Shown one piece after another: positions 40,886-53,445 of a DNA stretch of 64,000 nt; the first letter of the stretch is position 1; the number at the start of each line of letters is the position of its first letter. This DNA is from Mytilus californianus. Its lineage: Eukaryota. The translations under genes were made by a program, and so were the position numbers. The stretch is from positions 72,974,001 through 73,038,000 of the forward strand of contig NW_026262668.1 in NCBI RefSeq assembly GCF_021869535.1. Reading direction: 5' to 3'. Below the pieces are notes generated by a model, which saw nothing but the letters and a program-made list of their open reading frames with translations, had not been told where the DNA came from and did no database searches.

Positions 40886-42340
40886 ATGGATGAACAAAGC
40901 AAAGTAGTGATCCGAAAAGTGCACCGAATATTTATAGAGAATCTAGATCCAAATTACGTCATGGACTTTCTTTATGAAATTGATGTTTTTAACGCAAGTA
41001 TTTGTGAGAAATTGCGAAGTATCGAATTCAGAGGGGACAGAGCTCGAATGTTCATGTTCTTAGTGACGAGCATGGATACTCTAACAATGGAAATTTTATA
41101 CGAGGCGCTAAGAAATACTGGGTATGGTTTTTTAGCAGAAGTACTTCGTCAGTCATCGCACAACTCAGTTTCCGTCCAACGAAAAGCAGAATATTTTAGC
41201 AGGTTTCGAAAAGAGTTAGTGGTGTATAGACATTATCTGAAACGTCTTAGTCATACAGGAGATCATGCGACATTCGAAGAAGAGTTTTTCAAAGCAGAAC
41301 AAAACTGGAAAAATATTGAAAATTCAGGTTTGAATAGTAAGCGATATAAAGCTGCAGACTTTTACTTTTTTGCCCTAGATGCTTGGTGTGAGTATCGGAG
41401 AGTTATATACGATAAAAATCTTATGTATACCGACGTTTTTGATAAAATGGAAAATCTGAAACCTTATTTGTCAGAGGAAAACTTACCTGAAATGATGAGA
41501 CTTGTTCGATATGGCTCGGCTATTCTAATGACAAACAAAAATGAACTAGATACCGCCTTAGACTATGTAAATGATGCAAAAAGTAAGTTTGACTTAATAC
41601 ATGCTTGTAGGGAAACGGGTACGGTATTATACATTGAGTATAATATGTTGTGTCAGAAATACGCTCAAACTTTGGAACCAGATCTTAAGGAACAACTCTA
41701 CAACATTGCTAACAAAGCAATTGAACATTTTGCTGTAGAAATTGAATTTGATGAAACTGTGTATTTGGATTTCAAAAGAATGGTACTGTTAAAACTTTCA
41801 CATCTCCTCTTAGGTATAGCTATGTTTGGTGCATACCTGGATGTATTTGTTACAACAGAAGACAAACGTAAAGCCATAAGTTTTTTACGATCAATAAAAG
41901 AGACTAAAGAAAGTTGGAAGAGAATGGAAACTCGTTGGAAATGGTCATACTCTACAGCAAAAGCTAGACTTTTTGGTTTAGATTATAACTTCCCAAAAGC
42001 TATAAAATACACAGAGAAAGCACTTGTTTATGCAACAAAGGGAAAGTATTCAAAGGAAATACTAGGATCTCAAAATGCTCTTAATATATATAACAACTTA
42101 TGTGAACGAAAAAAGGGATGTCACGAGCTTGAATATAAAACGACAACCCTGTGTAATGACAACAACGAAGACAGTCGAATGCAAAGACAATATGACCAAA
42201 TAGAATATGAGATTGATTATTCTTTAAGAAGTTTAGAGATGTTAGAAAATGAAATAAATCATTCTAAAGAAAGATTATTAAAACTAAGAGAAAAGGTAAA
42301 ACAATCCAGAAACAAAAGATACAAGGATGGATACCAATAA
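40886..42340 (+). CDS. Intronless 484-aa protein: N-terminal CARD/death-fold domain, TPR-like helical region, C-terminal coiled coil
   Basis: 1.5-kb open frame with first ATG at 40886. MDEQSKVVIRKVHRIFIENLDPNYVMDFLYEIDVF...RGDRARMF...LYEALRNTGYGFLAEVL fits the CARD pattern; helical motifs ALDYVNDAK, ANKAIEHF and AIKYTEKALVYA; heptad-like tail LRSLEMLENEINHSKERLLKLREKV. Confidence 0.85.
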   Translation: MDEQSKVVIRKVHRIFIENLDPNYVMDFLYEIDVFNASICEKLRSIEFRGDRARMFMFLVTSMDTLTMEILYEALRNTGYGFLAEVLRQSSHNSVSVQRKAEYFSRFRKELVVYRHYLKRLSHTGDHATFEEEFFKAEQNWKNIENSGLNSKRYKAADFYFFALDAWCEYRRVIYDKNLMYTDVFDKMENLKPYLSEENLPEMMRLVRYGSAILMTNKNELDTALDYVNDAKSKFDLIHACRETGTVLYIEYNMLCQKYAQTLEPDLKEQLYNIANKAIEHFAVEIEFDETVYLDFKRMVLLKLSHLLLGIAMFGAYLDVFVTTEDKRKAISFLRSIKETKESWKRMETRWKWSYSTAKARLFGLDYNFPKAIKYTEKALVYATKGKYSKEILGSQNALNIYNNLCERKKGCHELEYKTTTLCNDNNEDSRMQRQYDQIEYEIDYSLRSLEMLENEINHSKERLLKLREKVKQSRNKRYKDGYQ

Positions 42341-44927
42341 ACACATGAAAGTAAGTTACAAAAATTCTGAATACTTTTAACATATTTTTATTTAGGAACA
42401 AAAAGATTACAAACCTGAAGTAAAACCTGAGCAAACAGCCAATGCAACATAAGAACAAACAGTTACATATCCATAGAAGAAACACAGAAAAGCAACACAA
42501 ATGGTAATGCTACTCTAGTGGAACAGATACTGCTTACCTTTATGGAGCACCGGACTTCATTACGGTTTTTGACGTGATCCAATCTTCAGTTATGGAACGT
42601 TGTTTCTCTTTTCGTCGTGGGTTTTTCTATCTATCTTCGAGTTGTTGTTTTTAACCCCAAGCCACCCCAACCCCCAAGTATCTTTTTTACTTTTTTATTC
42701 TGATCGTGATTTCATGCAACCCGAGAATTGTATACTAAATAAGGAAGTAGCTCACAGTTAAGCTATGTAAACCCCGATCGAAAGGGTGGTCATGTTCGTC
42801 CGTCCGTAACTCACATTTCAACTTTTTCTTTCTCGGCATACAGTTTCTTTCCTTTAACAAGGTGATCAAATTTAGTATGATAACTGAAAATACGTCTTCT
42901 GACTATTGACGTTCTTGTACAGGAGATTTTAAGATGTCAGTGGACATGCTTATTGTATGCTTTTACGGAGTATTCGATGTTTCCCTTACTTTCATTGGAA
43001 TTTGTTCTGACATAGACGTTCAAGGAAAAGTGCAATTGTCCTAGTCAAAATAAAACATGGGGAACACAACTTCATTTCAGATCGAGTTTTGCGAAGTTAT
43101 TCTGCTACTTTTGTGATCTCTTTGTGTGTATCAAATACACACCGTTCTCCTTTTTAAAACTGTTTTTCTACCATGCGTTTGCTCGTCTTCTTTTCACTTG
43201 ACGGCGTCTGGTTCCTCTGTAATTTCCATCTAATTCTTTTTGAACTAGAATAAATATAAATTTGCTGATTTATATAAGTGAGTGTTCTGTACGTTGCAGT
43301 GTTTGTAACACAATATTACTAATATAAAGGCAATGAGATAGCATCCCTAACGACATAAAAAGACATTCAGAGGTCAATATAGGTCTTCAACGATAGTTAT
43401 AGTCAGGTTATAAGCTATAAACCACCAGGAATTTAAAAAAAGGAGTTGTCAATAAATCAAACAAGGACCTTCAAAGATATGCCACCAACGCCATATCCCT
43501 TTTCCCCTACAAACATACAACATTGAGACACTGAAGAGTTATATGTTTCGGAGTTTAGTGTATAATACATTATTAGGCCAGCTGAAATCCGCCTCCGGGT
43601 GCGGGATTTTCTTGCTGTGTTGAAGACCTATTGGTGGCCTTGGGCTGTTTTCTGCTCTTTGGTCGGATTGTTGTTTCTTTAACGCATTCCCCGTTTACAT
43701 TCTCAATTTTATTAGGGTGTTAGGAAAAAAGGCACAGTTTAAAACATTTGCTTGTCTCGGAGAGATAGAAGTTGGATGTTGATCAAAATATATATAGAAC
43801 ATGCACCAATTTACTCTTAAAACATCTCGAGTCTATACAATTTATCAATATTTAACAGAGACGACCAAATGTCTGACACCAACACCCAAAGTACAAACTT
43901 CTGTAGAGTAAACGACAACCCCTTACGAAAGCTGACTTTGGGCAGGCACATATACATGAACAAAGGTCAAACTAGTATTGTGAGTATTTTAAATCTAGAT
44001 CAGTGAATGAACAGAACGGACAATAAAAATCTAACCAAGTAGGATATATGTGGTAAACAGAATTTTAAAAACTCGGCAATGTTTTTTTACAAGACTTTAC
44101 ACCAATGTCTTTCAGGATGCTCAAAATTCAGCACTGGAAGCAAGTAAAGTACCAAATATTTGATTATGAAATAATATTCATTCCGCAGTCTAATATTGAC
44201 CACTATATTCTAAAATATTTTTCAAATAACGTCAATACCTCGGGTGATTGGGGTATAGAAATATGGTCACAACTGAAAAACTTGTATACTGCCCTTTGTC
44301 ACAAAATTTATTTAGAACTAGACAGATAGGAAACAAATTTAATGGTTTTCCTATCTATAACCCAAACCCGCAGCGTAATGGAGGCAAAAGAGGCAAATGC
44401 CCCACAACGACGATCAAACTTTGGAAACATCTTTTTTTTGGAAAATTTTGTATTTTAAATATTAATGATATGCGAGGTTCAAGCAATACATTGTTTAACG
44501 TTCAGACTGCATACTTACACATGCTTTTCCATTCGACAGCAACAAAAGAAGCTTCACCGGTGACACCGGCCACCGGTAAATATATATAATTATATAAACG
44601 ATACTATTTTTAGTGCACAAATGCATATAAGTGTTTTGTATACCGTTCGTGTTGAAAACAAAACATAACTTGCTTAAAATGGATTCATTGATGAGAAAAA
44701 TTGAAGAGTCGTTCACGAGACGAATTGCTTTCGTTATAAAAATGTGCAAATCGTGAACCTGGTAAGCTGTTTTTTAAAATTTTGATAGTCATTGAGCACT
44801 AGCTTAAGAAGACTTTGTTGTGTGAAATGAAGACATTTATTGATTTTTTTTTTTAATTTGTACGACAGCCATCATGGTCATGTCATACTGTGGTGCTAAC
44901 GGATGATGACGAAAGAGAAGAGATGTG

Positions 44928-47900
44928 ATGGATGTTATTGTTTCAAGGAGCCTCCGCCAGAAGAGAGACACAGACGACAAATCACCATTTGATGACATCA
45001 ACATCGGATCAACACTGCGAATTATAACTGATGTTGTTGTTATAAGGTAAAGTTATCCAGTGGTTGTCATTGATTGCTGTCTGTCATATGTGTTTTTCGA
45101 AAATGTTGTTTAAAATCAGCCCGTTGGTTTTTTTTAATTTAGAATTGTTTCACATTTTGTCATCCCATGACCTTTTATAGCTTACTACACGGCATGTGTT
45201 TTGCTCATTATTGAAGGCTATACAATGGCCTGTAATTGTTCACATCTTTGACATTTGGTCTTTATGGATAGTTGTCATATCAACGATGATATGATCTTTT
45301 TATTTTGTAAAGCTACATTGTTTATTTTAAAAGACGTCAGGAAACCTTACACACTTAAAAAAAAACACAAACGAAAATGAGACGCACATTTGAAACACAC
45401 GCTATGATATATGCATTTTTAAGTATGAAACATATGCTATGTGTCTCTAACAATGCAATACTTAGTTGCACTCTAATAAGCTGATCTCTCAACTTTTTTT
45501 CATTTAGTGAAACATTACTCTCACAAACATGAAACATTTAACGTACTGTTTTGCTTTTATGAACAAAAGAACCGTCGAAAAACCATTTTATGAAAGAAAG
45601 ATAGGCATGTTTTTCCTGAAAAAAGTTTTAATATTAAGCCGTCATTCAGGAGAGATGAAGCAAAAGCAATCTCTTGAAATTATTAATGTCAATCGACCTC
45701 AATCTGATAAAAATTCAGATCGATCGTAATTCGCTTATTCGTCGAATGAGCATAACAAAATCATAGATCTATACTTTAATTATATTGAATCGACCTAAAT
45801 AGTCTTGCCTTGAACCTCAATATTGCATGTTTCAATTCCTGTTTTGAACAACCGATGGCATCAATGAGGTGTTCAAGGATAAACTTCCCTAATTTTTGGA
45901 ATGGTTGTTATAATTTCCGGCATTTCGTCGCCTCGTCGTCACAAAAGTTATGCACCGGACACGAATTAGACAAGGTTTTACTATCATAGGGGTAGTATAT
46001 GTATATGACACATCCCAAGCCCTTGATGCAACTGCACACCAAGTTTGGTTAACCTAAGTTATGCAGAACAAAAGTTATGCACCAAACAACCAGGCAGGCA
46101 GACAGACAGACAGGGAGATATAAGGGGCAATTAAGAATCACAAGTAAATCACCAATATAGAAAAAACCACCATGACCAAAATGAAAAAACGCCGAAAAGA
46201 AAAAACAACAAAAACGAATAAACTACACATAAAACTAAAGAATTGAGTAACACGGATCCCACCATTAACTGGAGGTTAACCCATATGCTCCGGAAGGGAA
46301 AGCGGTTCCTGATCCGGTAGTGACACCCGTCGTGTTGCTCATAACAGTTTTAGACTAAAAGGTAAGGGTGTTTAGAAACAACTACCCACTTCTTATATGG
46401 TGTTATATTATTGTTTACATTTGTCTTCTTACTTCTCAAGGTGAAAAAGAGATAAATGGAAAATCGTGCGATTGCTTATACTAACACTCAAACCATATTA
46501 GGGGCATAATTATTCAATTACATGGGATTCTAGGTCAACCAAATTATCAGCTTGGAAAAAAATAATAGATCCTATTGGTTAATACTTTACATTCCAGAAA
46601 GGCTTTATATTGTTTAAACATCTCCGAATGCACTGGTTACAAAGTGGTTTAAGATATTTAGCAATTGTTTTTATCTTTCTTTATTCGTTTTAAAATTGGA
46701 TGGTCAAGCATACATTGGAGGCTGGTGTGTCATTTATCCTTTAACAGATATCATTTTAAAATCATAGTACATTTTCATGGACAAATTACAAGGACGAGAA
46801 GTGTTTATCAGAGAGAACGGCTCTTTATAGCTCTTCATCGTTTTAATAAGCTTTGGATTTTCAAATATTTTGGCCTCGAGCATCACTGAAGAGACATTGA
46901 TTGTCGAAATGCGCATCTGGTGCAGAAAAATTGGTACCGTTAATGTTATTCAGCCAGCATGACTGTTAGCAATTCTTTATGCGATTTAAAATAATAAAAT
47001 ATTAATGCATTCATGCCTGTTTACTTTTAAGGTTACCGAATGGATTAATGGCATTTTGTGAATTGGAAAACATTTTTTTAAATATTAATGCTATTATTAT
47101 CTTATATAGTATTGACGTCATCGTATACAATTTAATAAATTTTCACCCGAATTCCACTTGTAAAAATTCGTCTCAATCAAAATTCTCAGAAAATGCAATG
47201 TATTACTGTTGACTTAACAGTATGCATGATTTTAAAATACTAAATGTGACTAATTTACCATACATCTATACCCTTTTATTCTTGAATCTTGTAGAACAAA
47301 TTATTTTTACATCTTAACTTTAAATAAATTAAATGTGTATTGTTATAACTACAATACGAGAATGACCTATTTTAAACTGTATGGCGTCTTAACACCAAAG
47401 AATTATAAGTGTTAATCTGCCAATAATCCAATAATCTGATTGGCTTTTATGTATTCAAGTTTTAATTCTATTTGGTTGTCGAGTCAGTTGTTAAATAACG
47501 TTTAAGAATATGTGTGTGGAACTAATATCCAGCTTTAATTTGACAAAAATATGAATATTTGGTGAAATATAATTTGAACAGTCTTGTTTGTGGTTACAAA
47601 ACCCCAGAAATGCCGACAAGTTCGTCCGCAAGTTCTCTCTCTATGAGTTGGAGAACTTACAGCCCAGGAAGTACCTCAACAACTACGTCTAAATCAGTGG
47701 ATTTAACACGTAAATCAACATCACCATATAAACCTGGTCGTGTGAGTACATGTATTTTTAATTGTAATTTAGGACATGGAAAATTGCTACCAAAGGAATT
47801 ATCAATGAAATTTGGAAGTATTCTTATATTAGAATCGGATGACATTAGCTAAAAGCCGTTTCATATTACTATAAACGTGCAAGGCTTTTGTTGTTTCTTT

Positions 47901-50900
47901 TTATGAAAAGGAAATGAGTAATTATACATCTTAATTTTCAATAATGTTCTGTCATCGTTTATACGGTTTGTCGAATTGATAAGAAATTGGAGAAAATATG
48001 ATGGAACAATAGCTGTTATGTGAAATAGAATTTTTAACAGTCCTGTTTGTGGTTAAAAAGCCTCGAAATACCTATGACAATGTATCTGCTTTGTTGGACA
48101 TATTTTCTTGTTCTTAGATCTTTTAATTTAGATAACACACACGTCGTCTTATCTGTAAGTTAACCGAATGTGTTCTTACTCAAGATATTGGTATCTACGC
48201 TGGCCAATCTTTTAATGAAACAGAATTGGTCTAATTTTTTCAATATACAGTGTCTTTAAGTTCATAATTGAGAATACTTGTGTATATTGCACAGAAGACA
48301 AATGGTATATACTAATGAACGAAGAGGAACTTAGATTGTTTGTACGCTCACTCCTTCGATGTATCAGTCCTGCTCCTCTTGGAGTTCATGCGATTTTCCT
48401 TAGTTTTTGTTTTTACCTTGATTTGTATCTTTTCAATGGATTAATGAGATCTGAAGATCGGTAAAAACTGTTGGTTTGCCTTCCAATATAGTCGTAAACC
48501 GAATAATTCAGACCCACTCCGTAATCTATTCTCCCACTAAGTAGTCATTGTAGAGGACTGAAATATTTGGATTAATGTAACTGTAAAACAATAAAGTGTA
48601 ATATCCAGTAAAAAGAAGTCCAACTAATGCGGCAAATTCAAAAATCAAAATGATATGGTACTTCGAATTAATGTATAATTACAACTTTGTCATACATAGT
48701 CTCTCATTCAATGTTTTGACTTTTCTACGTAGACCATTTTGGTTTTAAAAGAGAGGCGAAAGATACCAAAGGGACATTCAAACTCGTAAGTCGAAAATAA
48801 ACTGACAACGCCATTGCTAAAAACAGATAAACAACAATACACAAAACACAACATAGAAAACTAAAGACTGAGCAACACGATCCCCACCTAAAACTTTGGG
48901 TGATATCAGGTGCTCCGGGAGGGTTATACTCCAGAAAGCGAATGTATAGAGCGAGCGTGCTGTGAAATCGGTGTAACACGTGCTAGTATCCTTTTAGCCT
49001 GGTGTCCTGTCCAAACCACTTCGCTTCACTCTACTTTTAAGCAGTGAGCTTTCAAATCCTGACAAACAAAAAGAAACAAACAAAATATTTCTGTTAATTG
49101 AGCAGACTATAAGAGTACCGAGGTAAATGAATGTGATTTGGAGAGCGTAATTCATTAAGAAATATGAATATGTCTTAAGTCGTCGACGAGATACTTTCTG
49201 TGTAATGTTACACAAACCCGTGGTGACGACCATAACAATTACACAGTGATGCAAACAATCGCTGTATTAATGTAATTCTGACATATTACTTTTATTTTCC
49301 AAACAGCAATTTAGTAAAACCGAAAAAAAACTCAGATAATTCCAATTTAAAACGATAAGATATTCTATAGCGTGTTGGAATATTGAAAACACCACGTTTA
49401 TCTTTCAGTTTTGTGTACATTTATGTATCCAGTTTTGAAGCTGACTAGTTTGCGTCGGTAGAATCTAACTTTTAAGAATTGTGGTTTCAGTGCATGTCTT
49501 TAGTAATTATCTTATGCTTATCCGTCCTTAAAACAATTTACATTAACCGAAGATAGAAACAACACTTTATAAATTTGGTGCGTCTGAACCGCTTTTCAGG
49601 ATTTGCTTTCACCAGAAACGCTCAAATTCCAACATTTAAAGCCAAGGATGTATAATTATTTGAATACGTGAATATCTAAATGACCAATAGGAACCTAAAA
49701 ATATTAATTATAATTACAACTTGTCTAGACTAACCAGGCGATTTACATTTGTGGTGTTTGGTTGCTTTTTATGAATAACTTCATTCAGTATATGCATGGG
49801 GCTTCGGTTCCCAAGTGGTCTAAATAGTTTATCTGCAGTGAACACTGCGGTTGTGAGTTCGAAACTCGCTCGTGGCAAGGTGCTCTCGTCTCCGATCTTA
49901 AGTGACTGGAGTTTTCCGTTTTCCTACCGAAGTTTTGAGATTTTCGCCTGGAATCCCGTCTTCCTCCACCAATAAAAACTGACCGCCATGATATTACCAA
50001 TTGTGTTAAAAGTGGCTGAAATACCAACAATCAATCATTCAATCAGTTATTCAGTATGTATAATAGAGTTATCGCTCATTTAACGTAAATACTGATCAAC
50101 ATGTATTTTGACCTCTGTCAGTTACAAATAATAAAATATTTCATTTAATAATATGACTATAGCTTCAATCGGCCAAATTACCATAAACGTTGCCATGTCT
50201 TACTGTCTTCTCATTATCAACATAATCTTTTCCCCATGCAATTACAGTCTAATTTCTCGTCCTTTGTATTCCTTGTCGATCCAATCCAGAACCTAACAAT
50301 TGAAGTTATTGTTTACTGGAGGTTGAGCATAAATCAATCATTCAATCAATCTGTCGATATTTGGACGAGCGGAGCAGGGTGATACAAACATAGACAAGAA
50401 CATTGTGCATAACATTTAGTAGATTATGATAGTTACAAATTGACAAATTAACAATTAAAGATAATGGATAATGTTTTTGGTGGAAACAACTTATTAATTG
50501 TTATTCTCTTTTTCCAGACCACGGTTGCACCGGCTGATAATATGGGCATGAAATTTCCGTCATGGAGAGAGCCTAAACCACTACGTCCATCCCGTCCTAG
50601 TACAGCAATAGAAACACCAACACAGAGCTTGACGCCAATTATGAGACCTCGGTCGTACGTTCCTAAAGAAAAGAACTTATTGTCAAGATTATCAAAACCG
50701 ACCACAGCTACTAAACTAAAGACTCTAGAATTCAACAGAAGGATAAATTTTATTGACTGTACTAAATATTTTTCCTGGTCAAATATGAAGCTTTACCAGG
50801 ACCAGACTAGGATGTTTTATACAAGAAATGGTGGTTTAAGAAACTCAGCTAAATCTACATCTAGTTCAAAGTCAATGTCCTCTCCAAAGAAAGTGTGGTA

Positions 50901-50901
50901 G
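44928..50901 (+). CDS. Orphan gene with 3 coding exons, 220-aa basic Ser/Thr/Pro-rich protein
   Basis: join(44928-45046, 47582-47741, 50518-50901) = 663 nt. Donors GTAAAG and GTGAGT, acceptors ttgaacag and tctttttccag; phases 2/2 and 0/0 match. A probable 5' UTR exon ends at CTG|GTAAGC (~44761). Confidence 0.65.
46880..46923 (+). ncRNA. Minimal type I hammerhead ribozyme motif with intact core
   Basis: Stem I GCATCA/TGGTGC, core CTGAAGA, stem II GAC-ATTGATT-GTC, GAAA, palindromic stem III ATGCGCAT; predicted cleavage after AUC at 46917. Confidence 0.8.
49580..49621 (-). pseudogene. Degenerate hammerhead motif
   Basis: Minus strand reads GCGTTT-CTGGTGA-AAGCAAATCCT-GAAA-AGCGGTTC-AGACGC; core mutated (CUGGUGA). 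Confidence 0.5.
49798..50046 (+). mobile_element. tRNA-derived SINE with (TCAA)n tail
   Basis: Head GGGGCTTCGGTTCCCAAGTGGTCTAA, B-box GAGTTCGAAAC, tail CAATCAATCATTCAATC. Confidence 0.75.
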
Positions 50902-53204
50902 ATTTGACTTTTTTTATATTTACCGGGCAAGAAGGCAAATACTCATCAAACCATCATAAAATTCACAAAAATGGCGTTATAACTACATTGCGTGTGTCTT
51001 AGATGTTGAAAAAATCATCAGAATAACCCCATGTGCAAAAAAATTGCACATCATAGCGAACAATTATTTTATAACAATGCATATTTGTCGTTTAATGGAT
51101 TTAATGGTTTTAACAATTCAGTTCGTTTCAAGTGATTATCATCTTCATGAGTGGATAACAATAACTATTATACTTCAAGTTAAAATGCCAGATTTTGATT
51201 GGCTAATACGAGGGAGATAATTTACTCTGTCCCATGGCTTAGCGGAAGACGATTTTTTGAATGTCACCCTCTCGTGCCGACCAATTGTTATGTATAAAAA
51301 TTATATTTTAATTCAGTTTATATATTGTGATTTGTATTCCTATTGGCACTAACTGTACCCCTGTTAACCTTTTGTGTTATAATTCGAAGTTCACAGTCTA
51401 ATTCATGAATACTATATCAACATAGTTATTATCGCCTTCTACAAAAGATAGTAGTCCATACATTATGTCAAGTTCTAAATACTACCATAATAGATATAAG
51501 AAGATGTGGTATGAGTGCCAATGAGACAACTCTATAAGTCTGCAACTAAAAACAAGATCCCTAGAAGACTTCACGTTAATATTTGAATAAAAATAACCAC
51601 ACCAAGGATCCGCCTTGGGACAAAAAGGTGAATACGTAGCGTGGTTTTTATAGATATTGAAACTTCGACTCCACTCAATAATTTCTAGTCAGTAAAAGGT
51701 TTTTAAAAAAAACCGTAAAAACCCAAAGTAAAAATCAATTCAGAAAAAGCAAATAACTGTATAAAACTAATATGATTGACAATAAAAATACAGATACAAG
51801 CAAAACACAAATACATAAAAACGTTTAATAGAATGTTTGCAGTTACTCAATGTACTTCCCCTTCTAGATTGAAATCCTGCTTCAATCTCTAATATATGCA
51901 TCTGTACTTCGTAGTGGATTTCGTACAGCAACTTTATAAACAGTAAAGAAAGATCTTTGGCAAAATCCAGGATTTCAATGCAAATTGAAATGTAAATTCA
52001 AGCTCGTCATTTGACTTATCGAAGACTGAATCTGTTGATCTAAGTTTTTATGAAGTTACATATGAGAAAAATCCGTCTTGTTGCTTATGAAAGTACACAT
52101 TCAGTGATTAGTCTAATTCGGGATGTCACAATCGAGGAAAAGAGGAAGGGGGTGTGGTTGTTCCTAGTGAAAAGTGAATTATGTAGATTATCCATGATGT
52201 CTGAGATCAAACATGTAATCCACTAACGATCCTATTACGCCGATCATTTGCATTCATTTCAGTAAATGCATCACTTGGCCGCTAATTTTATCGTGATTCG
52301 TCATAATATCCTTACCGAAGTTTTGATATTTCAGAGGTCTCAAATAATTAACCATTACCGTTATTTTTGGAACGAATTTAACGTGATTCATCAAAATCAG
52401 TCGATTATTTAACCGTCATAAAGAAAGTGTTCATTTTATCGTCATGCACCAAAAATTATCGTTCACGTCATTTGGCCAGATTTTTTACCGTTATTCGTCA
52501 TGAAGGTACCCCCATTACGACCCTCTTAAAATACCCATATCAACGGATATGAACGTAGATAACTTATAATATCCGTCATCATCCGAGAAGCAGTTATTCT
52601 ATAACGGTCAACCTACTCGTGATGGCGTCTAAAGTTAACAATGCAGCTTTCAAAATGGAGAAGCACTTAACATGCAAAAATCAAACAAGCAGTAAATAAT
52701 TCATCAAAGACGACCAAATATCTTAAACCATAATAAATTTTCTATAAAAGAAAGTTTGTTAATTATACAAACCGAACATCGAGTAATGAAAAGATAGACT
52801 AAAACATTCTATAATCTTGAAAGTCATACTAATTTAGTAACTATAAATGGTGGGGGGCAAAATCAGTATAATGATTACTTTATTATTAAAAAGCAAATAC
52901 AATTTATAGGATACATGTCCATAATATTATGATAATAGTTTTATATGCAACGAAAGTATGAACTTTTACAAAATATTCTTTAGGTTACACAAAATACACA
53001 ATTAAAAGTGTACATACAATACAATATAATACAAAATACAAAATCATGATGAACTGAAAATGATATAATGCAATGAACACAATATGTGAGAACATATATA
53101 CTACATACATGCAATAAAGAGGCAGCTGATGTTTGTAATAATCATGCAACTTTATCATATTAATCAATTACTAGTAATTACAATTAATTATAATTTTTCG
53201 CTTT

Positions 53205-53445
53205 TGAGCTTTTGAGTGCGGAGGTGTGGGTTCAATCCCGACAGGTTGCAAAGACTTGAAAATTAGTAATGGTATTTTATCATTCTTCGCTAGTCACGCG
53301 ACATTAGGAGTAGGAGCAAATATTGGTCGGCTCGAAGTCAGAATGAAGTGTCCGGTTAGGGTGACATGTCTTCTTGAGGGTTGTAACCTTTTGAAATAGC
53401 ACGTTGAAATTAGGCTGAGAGTGTCAGTCTAGAATCACATTAACA
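53205..53445 (+). mobile_element. tRNA-derived SINE of the second family
   Basis: B-box GGGTTCAATCCC; body shared with 34680-34890. Confidence 0.7.

Larger units (their letters stand above)
35585..41086 (+). repeat. Near-identical tandem triplication of an ~1833-bp unit (35585-37420, 37421-39253, 39254-41086)
   Basis: Identical ORFs at 1833-bp spacing (36220/38053/39886; 37139/38972/40805); junction ACTCTAACA|CCCCCTTTCCAAGG with CA microhomology. Confidence 0.97.
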
